Positions 1 through 8,341 of a stretch of 64,000 nt of DNA are shown piece after piece. A model generated the notes under the pieces. It was not told where the DNA came from. It did no database searches and was given only the letters and a program-made list of their open reading frames with translations. A program made the translations under genes and the position numbers. Origin of the DNA: Spirochaetaceae bacterium (GTDB taxonomy: Bacteria; Spirochaetota; Spirochaetia; WTKD01); NCBI GenBank assembly GCA_011524535.1, contig WTKD01000014.1:28519-92518 (forward strand), in the 5' to 3' direction. The stretch's first letter is position 1, and each line of letters starts with the position of its first letter.

Positions 1-1109
1 ACACGCTTTCGAGTTTGTATACAGGTTCTGTTCAGCATGATGTCTATCTCGCCAAAATCCGTAATTACCCCTCCTCGCGCATGAGTTCCCTCTATGGAGA
101 CGATATATCGGAGTCGGTGTATGATACGCTCATTGAGCGAATCCACGATGCCCTACCTGATCTGCACAGATATTACGAACTACGAAAAAAAATGCTTGGA
201 GTCGAAAAATTGTGTCATTACGATGTGCACGTCCCTTTATTATCCGACGTTGATGTGGAATATCCCTTCGATGATGCAGTCGATGTTATGCTGAAGGCTT
301 GTGCACCCCTTGGAGAAGAGTATTGTTCGATACTCCAAAAAGGAATACAAGATCGATGGATAGATCGATACGAATCAAAGGGCAAACGCTCTGGTGCATT
401 TTCCTGGTCAACATATAATTCTTATCCATACATTTTGCTCAATTATCGCTCAGAAGGTATAGACAGCCTGTTCACGTTGCTCCATGAAGCAGGTCATAGT
501 ATGCACAGTTATCTGGCTAGTAAGCACAACACTTATGTCGAGCATCAATACACCATCTTTGAAGCAGAAATTGCTTCCACGCTAAACGAAATGCTCCTAT
601 CTCATTATTTGGAATACAATAATCCTAGCACGTCCATGCTGGCCTATTTGTTAAACAACAAAATAGACAATTTTGTTGGCACCATGTTCAGGCAAACCAT
701 GTTTGCCGAGTTCGAACACATTGTACATACACATGCCGAACAAGGAGGGAGCCTAAGCCTTGAGTATTTTACTAATACATACAAAGACCTCCTTCAATTA
801 TATTTTGGAGATATAGTTGAACTTCCCGATTGTGCCTCTTTAGAATGTTTGCGTGTACCGCATTTTTATAGCGCTTTTTACGTGTACAAATATGCCACCG
901 GTATTGCTGCATCGACATGTTTTGCGCAAGAGCTGTTACAAACGGGGGATAATGATCCTTTTCTTTCTTTTTTGAAGAGAGGAGGTCGCGATTTTCCATT
1001 AACAAACCTCGGTATGTCTGGTGTTACGGTTGATCGGGCGCTGGATGAAGCAACAAAATTGTTTAGAGAAACACTGAACAGGTTCGAATCAATCGCTTTA
1101 GAAAAATAG
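1..1109 (+). CDS. pepF: Oligoendopeptidase F (M3B family), 3' portion; the gene continues upstream of the window
   Basis: The frame is open from position 3. The HEAGH zinc-binding motif (LLHEAGHSMHSY) and overall M3B-like sequence are present, and the stop is at 1109. Confidence 0.8.
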   Translation, partial: TLSSLYTGSVQHDVYLAKIRNYPSSRMSSLYGDDISESVYDTLIERIHDALPDLHRYYELRKKMLGVEKLCHYDVHVPLLSDVDVEYPFDDAVDVMLKACAPLGEEYCSILQKGIQDRWIDRYESKGKRSGAFSWSTYNSYPYILLNYRSEGIDSLFTLLHEAGHSMHSYLASKHNTYVEHQYTIFEAEIASTLNEMLLSHYLEYNNPSTSMLAYLLNNKIDNFVGTMFRQTMFAEFEHIVHTHAEQGGSLSLEYFTNTYKDLLQLYFGDIVELPDCASLECLRVPHFYSAFYVYKYATGIAASTCFAQELLQTGDNDPFLSFLKRGGRDFPLTNLGMSGVTVDRALDEATKLFRETLNRFESIALEK

Positions 1110-1212
1110 TTAAATAATTATTGTGATGGTATCGGCTCATATTCGCCACAGCTCAGCGAGTATGTATGTTGGACACCATGTACAATGGAATGGTACAATT
1201 GCTCATATTTTT

Positions 1213-1296
1213 GCGGCGGTGGTGGAATCGGTAGACACGCTAGCTTGAGGGGCTAGTGGGGTAAAACCCGTGGAGGTTCAAGTCCTCTTCGCCGCA
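1213..1296 (+). tRNA. tRNA-Leu, anticodon GAG (type II, long variable arm)
   Basis: Hand-folded cloverleaf: acceptor GCGGCGG/TCGCCGC, anticodon stem CTAGC/GCTAG with loop TTGAGGG, and T-loop TTCAAGT. Confidence 0.8.
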
Positions 1297-1448
1297 ATGT
1301 GCCCCTTCGAGTACTCGCTTTTTCGGCTTTGACAAGGCTGAACGATACTTTCCTCGAGCATTTTTCACCCCCTTTTCACCAATAATAATACGAAACATAC
1401 TCTGCATATTTCATGAATTAAGCTCTTACTATGTAAATTTTATTTTAC

Positions 1449-1470
1449 TATATATAGATATATATATATA
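1449..1470. repeat. TA dinucleotide-rich simple repeat (tatatagatatatatatata) immediately upstream of the 700-aa ORF start
   Basis: Read directly from the sequence. Confidence 0.6.
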
Positions 1471-1472
1471 CT

Positions 1473-3575
1473 GTGTATGTGAACAATTCTTTGATGCCGC
1501 ATAATGAACCCTTCCACCGCGAATATCTGTTGCAGAACGATACGCTTCATGCACATTTCCAATACGATCTCGATAATGAACTATCTATCGGTCTAACCTT
1601 TCTCGGATACAACATACACATGTCTTGCACAATACGCTGGAAGCACAGCGAGGAGAAAAGCCCGAACCTGGCTACTCCACCAAATATAGTTCAAAGACAA
1701 GCCGGTCAGGGAATTCTATGTGCAATCGATATTCCCAATTCTGCGTTTGAAATCAGTCAGATACGCATGAACACAAATATGTTTGTTGCGGGCAGCGCTG
1801 GGTTCAATGAAGAATTCATACAAGAATATTCGCACGCCCTTTCTCTGTACGCAGATACATCCTTCTATCTTGAAACCATTCAGGGTCTACATATGATCGC
1901 CTTGGAGCGATCTGTTTTGCATGAGAACATCTATTCAAAATGCTCTATCATTCCAGAGTCAAACAATTCAGAATCCAATGGTACTTTTGTATATCCAAGA
2001 GGCTCCAACCATGATCTTTCTTTTATGTGTATCTCACCAGATAGTAATTCGATTCGTGCAACAATACGCTGGGAACTGCTTGGAGAATTACCCAAGGAAC
2101 AGTATCACTCCCTGGTTACGCGCGAACTACCTCACTGGACCGATAGAGCTTCTAGTGTTGTAGAATTTTTGCATACAAAGGATCATCTGTATTCTGGTTC
2201 TCCTCTGAATACGCATATCGAAGTGGCACATGTAATGCTCTTCTTGGTTCTTTCTCATTCTGCTCTTTCTAAAACAGAAACAGAAAAAGCCGTTGATACT
2301 GTCTTAAATACCCTTCCACTCAACAACAAAGCCCCTTCAAAAATTCTCAATTCTTATGAAGCGACGCTTTGGCGTATTGTACACGGAAGCTTTTCAGACA
2401 AAAAATATATAAGTCCTGGAAACACATTCTTGCTAACAGATGCTTTTGAACAGATATTCCTATTACCAATTTGCTTATTGTTTCTTTTGAAAGAACGATC
2501 TTCGTTCAAGAATTATTTTGAAGAAGATCCATCGGGCAAGCTTCAAAAAATAACAAAATTATTATCTATAATAAACACGGCACTTGAAATGATTCCCAAA
2601 AAGAACATACATCGGCTACCTCAACTCTTTCCAGAGAAGAACGTTTTTTCTAACCGTCTAAGCATACAAGGTCATGTGATGCAAAACATACATCTGATTC
2701 CCATCCTTTTATACCAATTGGAACGGTGGTACGCTCGTGATGCAATTCCATCGTATGTATCAAAATTGATACATGTCTGCGAAGTTAATAAATTCTCCCA
2801 GATGTATTCGTTTCTTCAAAAGGGAGATACATACGTTCTTGCTGCATCGAAAAACTCATCAATGCATCTATACACTGCAAAAATTTCTTATAAGCAAGTA
2901 AAACCTCACCTCGATATGTTCTTTGCATCCGCATCGTTTAATACATTGGAACTATCTTATCTCAGATCGCGCACTCTTACTTCTACCCTCACGGCAAAAG
3001 TTCTTTCATTGCACATCGAACGAGGAAAACGTATGAAATTCAAAGCAAAACAAGTAGATGGATCTGTTTTGCCAATCATGACAGCGAATTTTTGTTTCGA
3101 TTTGTTTTTTTCTCATCCAAAGAAATCTGAAATGGAGATGTATTGCGATCTTATGACTCTGCCCTATCCGATAGGATTACACACGCCAATAGGCATAATT
3201 TCAGAAAATGTCTGTTATGTGAACGATTCCGCTATCATATCACAAGCCACAAAGGAAGATGGCACTGCCCGGGTGTTTTATGTGTGGCAGCAATGCATGA
3301 TTGTGCATGGGCTGTATCGATATGTACAAAAAAGCAAATGCCTCCCCAAAGAGCTTTTTAAGCACATCAATAAAATATACACATGGCTACTCAGTATGCT
3401 CCATTCTCTACCAGTATCATGCAATACATATACGTTCGCATGTAAAAAAAATGTCATACAGGTCGCTACCCTATATAATCAAAAAAAGGATTCCGTTTCT
3501 CTGTTATATGGATCGCTACTCGGTCTACACTGGCTTCCTCCGACTTTGGAAAAAATTCCTGGAAGACTAGTATAA
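1473..3575 (+). CDS. Hypothetical protein, 700 aa, with no recognisable motifs; GTG start at 1473 or ATG at 1494
   Basis: A 2.1-kb uninterrupted ORF in AT-rich DNA is unlikely to arise by chance. No domain signatures were recognised. Confidence 0.5.
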   Translation: MYVNNSLMPHNEPFHREYLLQNDTLHAHFQYDLDNELSIGLTFLGYNIHMSCTIRWKHSEEKSPNLATPPNIVQRQAGQGILCAIDIPNSAFEISQIRMNTNMFVAGSAGFNEEFIQEYSHALSLYADTSFYLETIQGLHMIALERSVLHENIYSKCSIIPESNNSESNGTFVYPRGSNHDLSFMCISPDSNSIRATIRWELLGELPKEQYHSLVTRELPHWTDRASSVVEFLHTKDHLYSGSPLNTHIEVAHVMLFLVLSHSALSKTETEKAVDTVLNTLPLNNKAPSKILNSYEATLWRIVHGSFSDKKYISPGNTFLLTDAFEQIFLLPICLLFLLKERSSFKNYFEEDPSGKLQKITKLLSIINTALEMIPKKNIHRLPQLFPEKNVFSNRLSIQGHVMQNIHLIPILLYQLERWYARDAIPSYVSKLIHVCEVNKFSQMYSFLQKGDTYVLAASKNSSMHLYTAKISYKQVKPHLDMFFASASFNTLELSYLRSRTLTSTLTAKVLSLHIERGKRMKFKAKQVDGSVLPIMTANFCFDLFFSHPKKSEMEMYCDLMTLPYPIGLHTPIGIISENVCYVNDSAIISQATKEDGTARVFYVWQQCMIVHGLYRYVQKSKCLPKELFKHINKIYTWLLSMLHSLPVSCNTYTFACKKNVIQVATLYNQKKDSVSLLYGSLLGLHWLPPTLEKIPGRLV

Positions 3576-3588
3576 TATGTATCTTTTT

Positions 3589-4509
3589 CTACAAGTGAAT
3601 TTCTTCTGAATGAGGAGAATCCGCACCCTTGCGCGTGCAGGTAATCGCTGAAACGGTAATTCCGTATTCTGTTATTTCGTCCAATGTCGTGCGAGGCAAA
3701 GCCTGCAGGTCTGCCTGTGTCCGCACCTCTCTGAGATCCAGCATATGGAGAACAGCCGCATGAAAACTGTCTCCTGCACCAACCGTATCGGCAACTTCGA
3801 CCGATTTACCAGGTCTATCAACGGAATTACGTGGAGTATAAAGACTCGCCCCACGCGGACCCCGGGTAAGACAGATAAGACTCACTCCGCGGTCAAGACA
3901 GGATTCGATGATCTTATCTTCTGAAAGGGAGGGAAATAAAAATTCTAGTTCTTCTTCGGTGCATTTAAGAATATCGCATTCGGCGATACCGTCGATCAAT
4001 CGTTTTTGCACATAGGATTTATTAGAAATCACGGATGGGCGAATATTCACATCGAAGGCCCTTAGAAGGGGGTTTTTGTTGGTTCGATGTACCAATTTCT
4101 GCATTTCAGATGCCAGCGGCTCAACATAATACGCAAGAGATCCATACAATAGGCACCACACAGTGTCGTCGAAAGAAGATACTTTCTCAGCGCGAAATGC
4201 AAATAGCGATGTTCCTTCGAAATAGAAAGAGTATGCTACCTCGCCCTGATCTCCTACCTGTACCACCGCAAGGGCACTCGGCTCGGTAACACGCAGCGTA
4301 TAGCTCATATCGACCCCTTCGCGTTCGGCTCGTTCCACAGCCTGAGTTCCAAATCTGTCTTGTGATATACTCCCGGCAAACCCCGCCTTGCTACCCAATC
4401 GGCTTAGTGAAATCGCTGTGTTCAATTGAGAGCCCCCCGATACTGGAACCAATGCACCCGATGTATTCGGGATCATATCGATGATCGCTTCTCCGCAATG
4501 TAACACCAT
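3589..4509 (-). CDS. PfkB-family carbohydrate kinase (fructokinase/ribokinase-like)
   Basis: PfkB C-terminal signature GAGDSFHAAVL is present, along with a glycine-rich N-terminal substrate lid. Confidence 0.8.
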   Translation of the reverse strand: MVLHCGEAIIDMIPNTSGALVPVSGGSQLNTAISLSRLGSKAGFAGSISQDRFGTQAVERAEREGVDMSYTLRVTEPSALAVVQVGDQGEVAYSFYFEGTSLFAFRAEKVSSFDDTVWCLLYGSLAYYVEPLASEMQKLVHRTNKNPLLRAFDVNIRPSVISNKSYVQKRLIDGIAECDILKCTEEELEFLFPSLSEDKIIESCLDRGVSLICLTRGPRGASLYTPRNSVDRPGKSVEVADTVGAGDSFHAAVLHMLDLREVRTQADLQALPRTTLDEITEYGITVSAITCTRKGADSPHSEEIHL

Positions 4510-4592
4510 GTGTCATTGTAACAAGTCATCGCCCATCTTTAAACATATTCGAGATACTTTGATCACAGCTGAGTTCGCCACTATGACAAGAT

Positions 4593-4666
4593 TGCCCCGG
4601 AGACGATTCGAACGTCCGACCTACTGCTTAGGAGGCAGTTGCTCTATCCTGCTGAGCTACCGGAGC
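4593..4666 (-). tRNA. tRNA-Arg, anticodon CCT
   Basis: Reverse-complement folds: acceptor GCTCCGG/CCGGGGC (one G-U pair), anticodon stem ACTGC/GCAGT with loop CTCCTAA, and T-loop TTCGAAT. Confidence 0.8.
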
Positions 4667-4791
4667 CTTTCCATGCCGTGAGTATACCACACTTTGCTTT
4701 CTTCGTATCCAATCCAGGGTATGGCTCGATACGATACGCCCATAACCCACTTGTACTGACAGAATATTCCTTTTGGCAATACACTATATCT

Positions 4792-6003
4792 ATGCATCAT
4801 CTTTTTTACGAACACCCTTATCGTAGAACCCACTCAACGAGGGTAACATCATGCGAACAACACAATGCCGTTTGGCATGTGTCCCTAGAAGAAACAATTT
4901 TTTATCCAGAAGGAGGTGGACAGCCGGGTGATCGAGGTACTATAAACGACGTTAGGGTTTTTGATACCCTATACGATGTTTCGGGAGATATTGTACATAT
5001 ATGCGAAGCCCCGGTTTCTGACGACGCTCTGTGTACTCTAGACTGGGAATGGAGATATTTTTATATGGGTGCACACACCGCGCAACATCTCATATCGGCC
5101 TGCCTTGCGCAATTATCGTATCCCACTGTCTCGGTGCATCTTGGAAACGATGCGGTATATGTGGATATAGATGCGAAACACCTCTCAGAAAAAGACATTG
5201 CGCATGTAGAGCAACAGGCCTTTGCTTGCATACGCCAGAACCTTCCTGTTGTCTCTCGTTCTGTTGACTCTGTAGACCAACTCGCATTACGTAGACCATT
5301 GTCACAAAAAGCCATCTCTCGAATACATATGCAAGATATACGTATTGTTGAAATCGGAAACGGGGATATTGATCGTGTGGCCTGTGCAGGGGTACACGTT
5401 AATTCGTGTTCGGAACTCGGATATATCTTGTATCTTTCAGAACAAACCATGCACGAGCGACTGAGAACAATGTGGCTGGTGGCAGAGCAAGCCCGCAGTC
5501 ATATACGTTTGATGCAACACAGCACACAAGAAATAAAACATATTCTCTCGGAACCGCTGCAATCATTGGCAAAAAGAGCCCAAACAATTCAAAAAAATCT
5601 AAAAGAACAAAACCTTGTCATTCGATCATTGCAACAAAAAATAACTTCCATAAAATGCACGGCGGCAACTTCTGGTCTTTTGAAAGTGGAAAAAGACGAA
5701 TTGTATGTCATTAAAGAAATAATTCCCATGCTATTAAAAAAGACAGATCAACAAAAGGTGTTTGGTGCCTACTACGTACACGAGTCGCATTCACATGCTT
5801 CAGAAACCGTTGTTGATTGGATCTTTGTGCATCCTCCAGCTGCTGTTCTTAATCATCCGCTGTGTATTTCTTCTAAAGACAACAACACCAAACGAAATAA
5901 CTCTAAAATGGTACGCGGAACCAACACCCTTTCAGAATTCTCATTTTTTCTCAAAGATTGCTATGATTCTATTAGAGAGCCTCCCATCGCAGATGATCTC
6001 TAG
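4792..6003 (+). CDS. AlaX-like alanyl-tRNA editing protein (tRNA_SAD-type domain) with a C-terminal coiled-coil extension
   Basis: Zinc motifs HTAQH (HxxxH) and CAGVH (CxxxH) are typical of AlaRS/ThrRS editing domains. The start is set at the first ATG downstream of the tRNA. Confidence 0.65.
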   Translation: MHHLFYEHPYRRTHSTRVTSCEQHNAVWHVSLEETIFYPEGGGQPGDRGTINDVRVFDTLYDVSGDIVHICEAPVSDDALCTLDWEWRYFYMGAHTAQHLISACLAQLSYPTVSVHLGNDAVYVDIDAKHLSEKDIAHVEQQAFACIRQNLPVVSRSVDSVDQLALRRPLSQKAISRIHMQDIRIVEIGNGDIDRVACAGVHVNSCSELGYILYLSEQTMHERLRTMWLVAEQARSHIRLMQHSTQEIKHILSEPLQSLAKRAQTIQKNLKEQNLVIRSLQQKITSIKCTAATSGLLKVEKDELYVIKEIIPMLLKKTDQQKVFGAYYVHESHSHASETVVDWIFVHPPAAVLNHPLCISSKDNNTKRNNSKMVRGTNTLSEFSFFLKDCYDSIREPPIADDL

Positions 6004-6106
6004 TTTGACGATGTACTATTCTTCCACTGTATTATCCATGTATCTCTTCCAACCCCCTCACTATGATCAAGATTGACAGAAGCCAAGCAGGCAGATACTC
6101 TCAAAT

Positions 6107-6559
6107 GTGGTAGCACTCAAGAAGCACCTCCCCCCAGAAAATATTGCATTGTCTTTGATGGCTGAGGCTAAAGAGGGAATCATTGAGGAGCTCCTCAATC
6201 TGATGATCCAATGTCATCCAACAATCAACAAATCGGTTGCATTGAAAGACTTATTGGAGCGCGAAGCAAAAATGTCAACCGGTATTGAGCAAGGGGTTGC
6301 CATCCCCCATTGTAAAACCACCGCCGTCGAAGAATTATATGCGGTTCTTACCGTTTCGAAAGAAGGAAGAGACTTTCAAAGCCTAGACGGACAACCTTCG
6401 CACATTTTTGTAATGATGCTTTCTCCAAAGAAAAAAATTGGTCCCCACATCGAGTTTCTAGCAACAATAAGCCAGGCGCTAAAAAAAAAGACAACCCGGG
6501 AAAAAATTATACTCGCTCCAACACCCTCTGAAGTCTGTTCACTCATATATGACTTCTAA
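6107..6559 (+). CDS. ptsN: PTS EIIA type-2 domain protein (PtsN / EIIA-Ntr-like)
   Basis: About 150 aa with a GVAIPHCKT active-site-like His region typical of fructose/mannitol-type EIIA. Confidence 0.6.
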   Translation: MVALKKHLPPENIALSLMAEAKEGIIEELLNLMIQCHPTINKSVALKDLLEREAKMSTGIEQGVAIPHCKTTAVEELYAVLTVSKEGRDFQSLDGQPSHIFVMMLSPKKKIGPHIEFLATISQALKKKTTREKIILAPTPSEVCSLIYDF

Positions 6560-6666
6560 CCAGGCCACTAACTTACCAAAACAGCGGGGACATTGCTCCA
6601 CTTTTTGAGTAGGTATAGCGATTTCGCCTTCGTTTACATTTTCCCTGAACTAGTAGAAAATATTTC

Positions 6667-8271
6667 ATGGAAGTGCACTCATCTCCCGTACAATTGGTCC
6701 TACAACTTGCAATTATTCTATTTACCGCAAAATTATTCGCTTTCGTTTTTTCCCGCTATCTAAAACTTCCACGAGTTTTGGGTGAAATTGTTGCTGGCAT
6801 CTGCATAGGTCCCTTTGCACTCGGTGCCTTTCCTATTTTAACCGATGGTCCTCTCTTCTCTATTCCAGTCGATGGATTAACCATTTCTCCAGAAATAGGA
6901 GCCTTTGTGACCATCGCTTCTGTCATATTGATGTTCGTTGCAGGGCTTGAAACCGATGCAAAACAATTCATACGACTATCTGGTATTGCATCCCTCATAG
7001 CATTAGGTGGATTCATCCTCTCCTTTTTTGCTGGTGCATTCATAACCATGATGTTTTTCGCCGAGGTTACCTCTATATTTCACCCAACAGCATTGATTTG
7101 GGGAGTCATAGCCACTACAACCTCTGTAAGTATAACAGCCAGAATATTGAGTGATGAAAACAAAATAGCAACCCCAGAAGCATCTACTATTTTGGCCTCC
7201 GCTGTGCTCGATGATGTTATGGGAATTATCGTACTCGCTGTTATCATCGGCGCCATACGCAGCGATTCAAAATCATTGAATGCAATGACCATTCTTTCTG
7301 TGGCGGGAAGAGCTTTTGGGTTCTGGCTTATTATGTCCATTGTGGGCTTCTTTGTAGCTCCATTATTCATCAAATGGTTGAAACGTTTTCAGTCTTTTGA
7401 AATTATCGCAGGTTTGACCTTTGGAGTCGCGCTTCTCTTGGCCGGCATATCGGAAAGTCTTGGATTAGCTATGATCATTGGAGCCTACATCACCGGGTTA
7501 TCCCTAAGTCAAACCGATATTTCGGAAACATTACAAGAATATCTTCAAGGAATATTTCAAATAATTGTGCCTATATTCTTTGTAAACATGGGAATGCTCA
7601 TCGATTTCCGAAAAATGGAAGGTCGTATCATTGGCTTCGGCTTGGTTTATAGCGTATTATCCATAATTGCAAAAGTCCTAGGTTCTGGTTCATTTGCCTT
7701 GCTTACTGGATTCAATTTCCGCGGCGCCTTGCGCATTGGCTGGGGAATGGTCCCACGAGGAGAAGTTGCCCTGATCGTTGCCGGCATTGCATTGTCTTTT
7801 GGTGCTATATCACAAAACATGTTCGGCACCGTTCTTATCCTACTTTTGTTCTCGAGTATTGTAGCTCCGCCCGTACTCTCTCGTCTATTCAAAGGGGCCT
7901 CCGGATACAGAAAAAAATTGCAATCAGAAGCAGAATCGTGCAGAATCTCCCTAAGTATGCCCTCTCCCGAAATTGTTCAATATATCGTTGATCGCTTGGT
8001 TAATTCATTTCATTTAGAAGAATACTTTGTAACGCGGGTTCATCGCACAACTACTATGTACCAAATTAAAAAAGATGATTGCTTGATCGTTCTCCAATGG
8101 AGCGACACAGAATTATCTCTCACAACACACAAAAAATACGAGCAACTTGTTCGATTAGTATTATCCGAAGTCCTGCTTGAACTAAGAGATATTGTTGAAT
8201 CACTGCAAAAAAGTCAAAGCACACAATCATTAAGTAGCGGCTTACTGGGGAAGATGTTCCAAGGCGATTAA
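6667..8271 (+). CDS. Cation:proton antiporter, CPA2 family (KefB/NapA-like), with a non-KTN C-terminal domain
   Basis: Multi-TM hydrophobic N-terminal 400 aa with a Na_H exchanger-like sequence, then a soluble C-terminal region of about 130 aa. Confidence 0.8.
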   Translation: MEVHSSPVQLVLQLAIILFTAKLFAFVFSRYLKLPRVLGEIVAGICIGPFALGAFPILTDGPLFSIPVDGLTISPEIGAFVTIASVILMFVAGLETDAKQFIRLSGIASLIALGGFILSFFAGAFITMMFFAEVTSIFHPTALIWGVIATTTSVSITARILSDENKIATPEASTILASAVLDDVMGIIVLAVIIGAIRSDSKSLNAMTILSVAGRAFGFWLIMSIVGFFVAPLFIKWLKRFQSFEIIAGLTFGVALLLAGISESLGLAMIIGAYITGLSLSQTDISETLQEYLQGIFQIIVPIFFVNMGMLIDFRKMEGRIIGFGLVYSVLSIIAKVLGSGSFALLTGFNFRGALRIGWGMVPRGEVALIVAGIALSFGAISQNMFGTVLILLLFSSIVAPPVLSRLFKGASGYRKKLQSEAESCRISLSMPSPEIVQYIVDRLVNSFHLEEYFVTRVHRTTTMYQIKKDDCLIVLQWSDTELSLTTHKKYEQLVRLVLSEVLLELRDIVESLQKSQSTQSLSSGLLGKMFQGD

Positions 8272-8341
8272 TCGCTTGATGTATGCCCCACAAAGCACAT
8301 ACCATACAAGTATATCTCTTAATAGGCAAGGATGATATTGC

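Noticed and set aside
1110-4700. A genomic island or prophage remnant integrated at tRNA genes.
   Set aside because: There is no integrase, no recombinase, no direct repeat of a tRNA 3' end, and no phage or transposase genes anywhere in the window.
8272-8341. Possible SAM or cobalamin riboswitch / T-box upstream of metE.
   Set aside because: The leader is only about 70 nt and shows none of the conserved riboswitch core sequences. It is too short for these elements.
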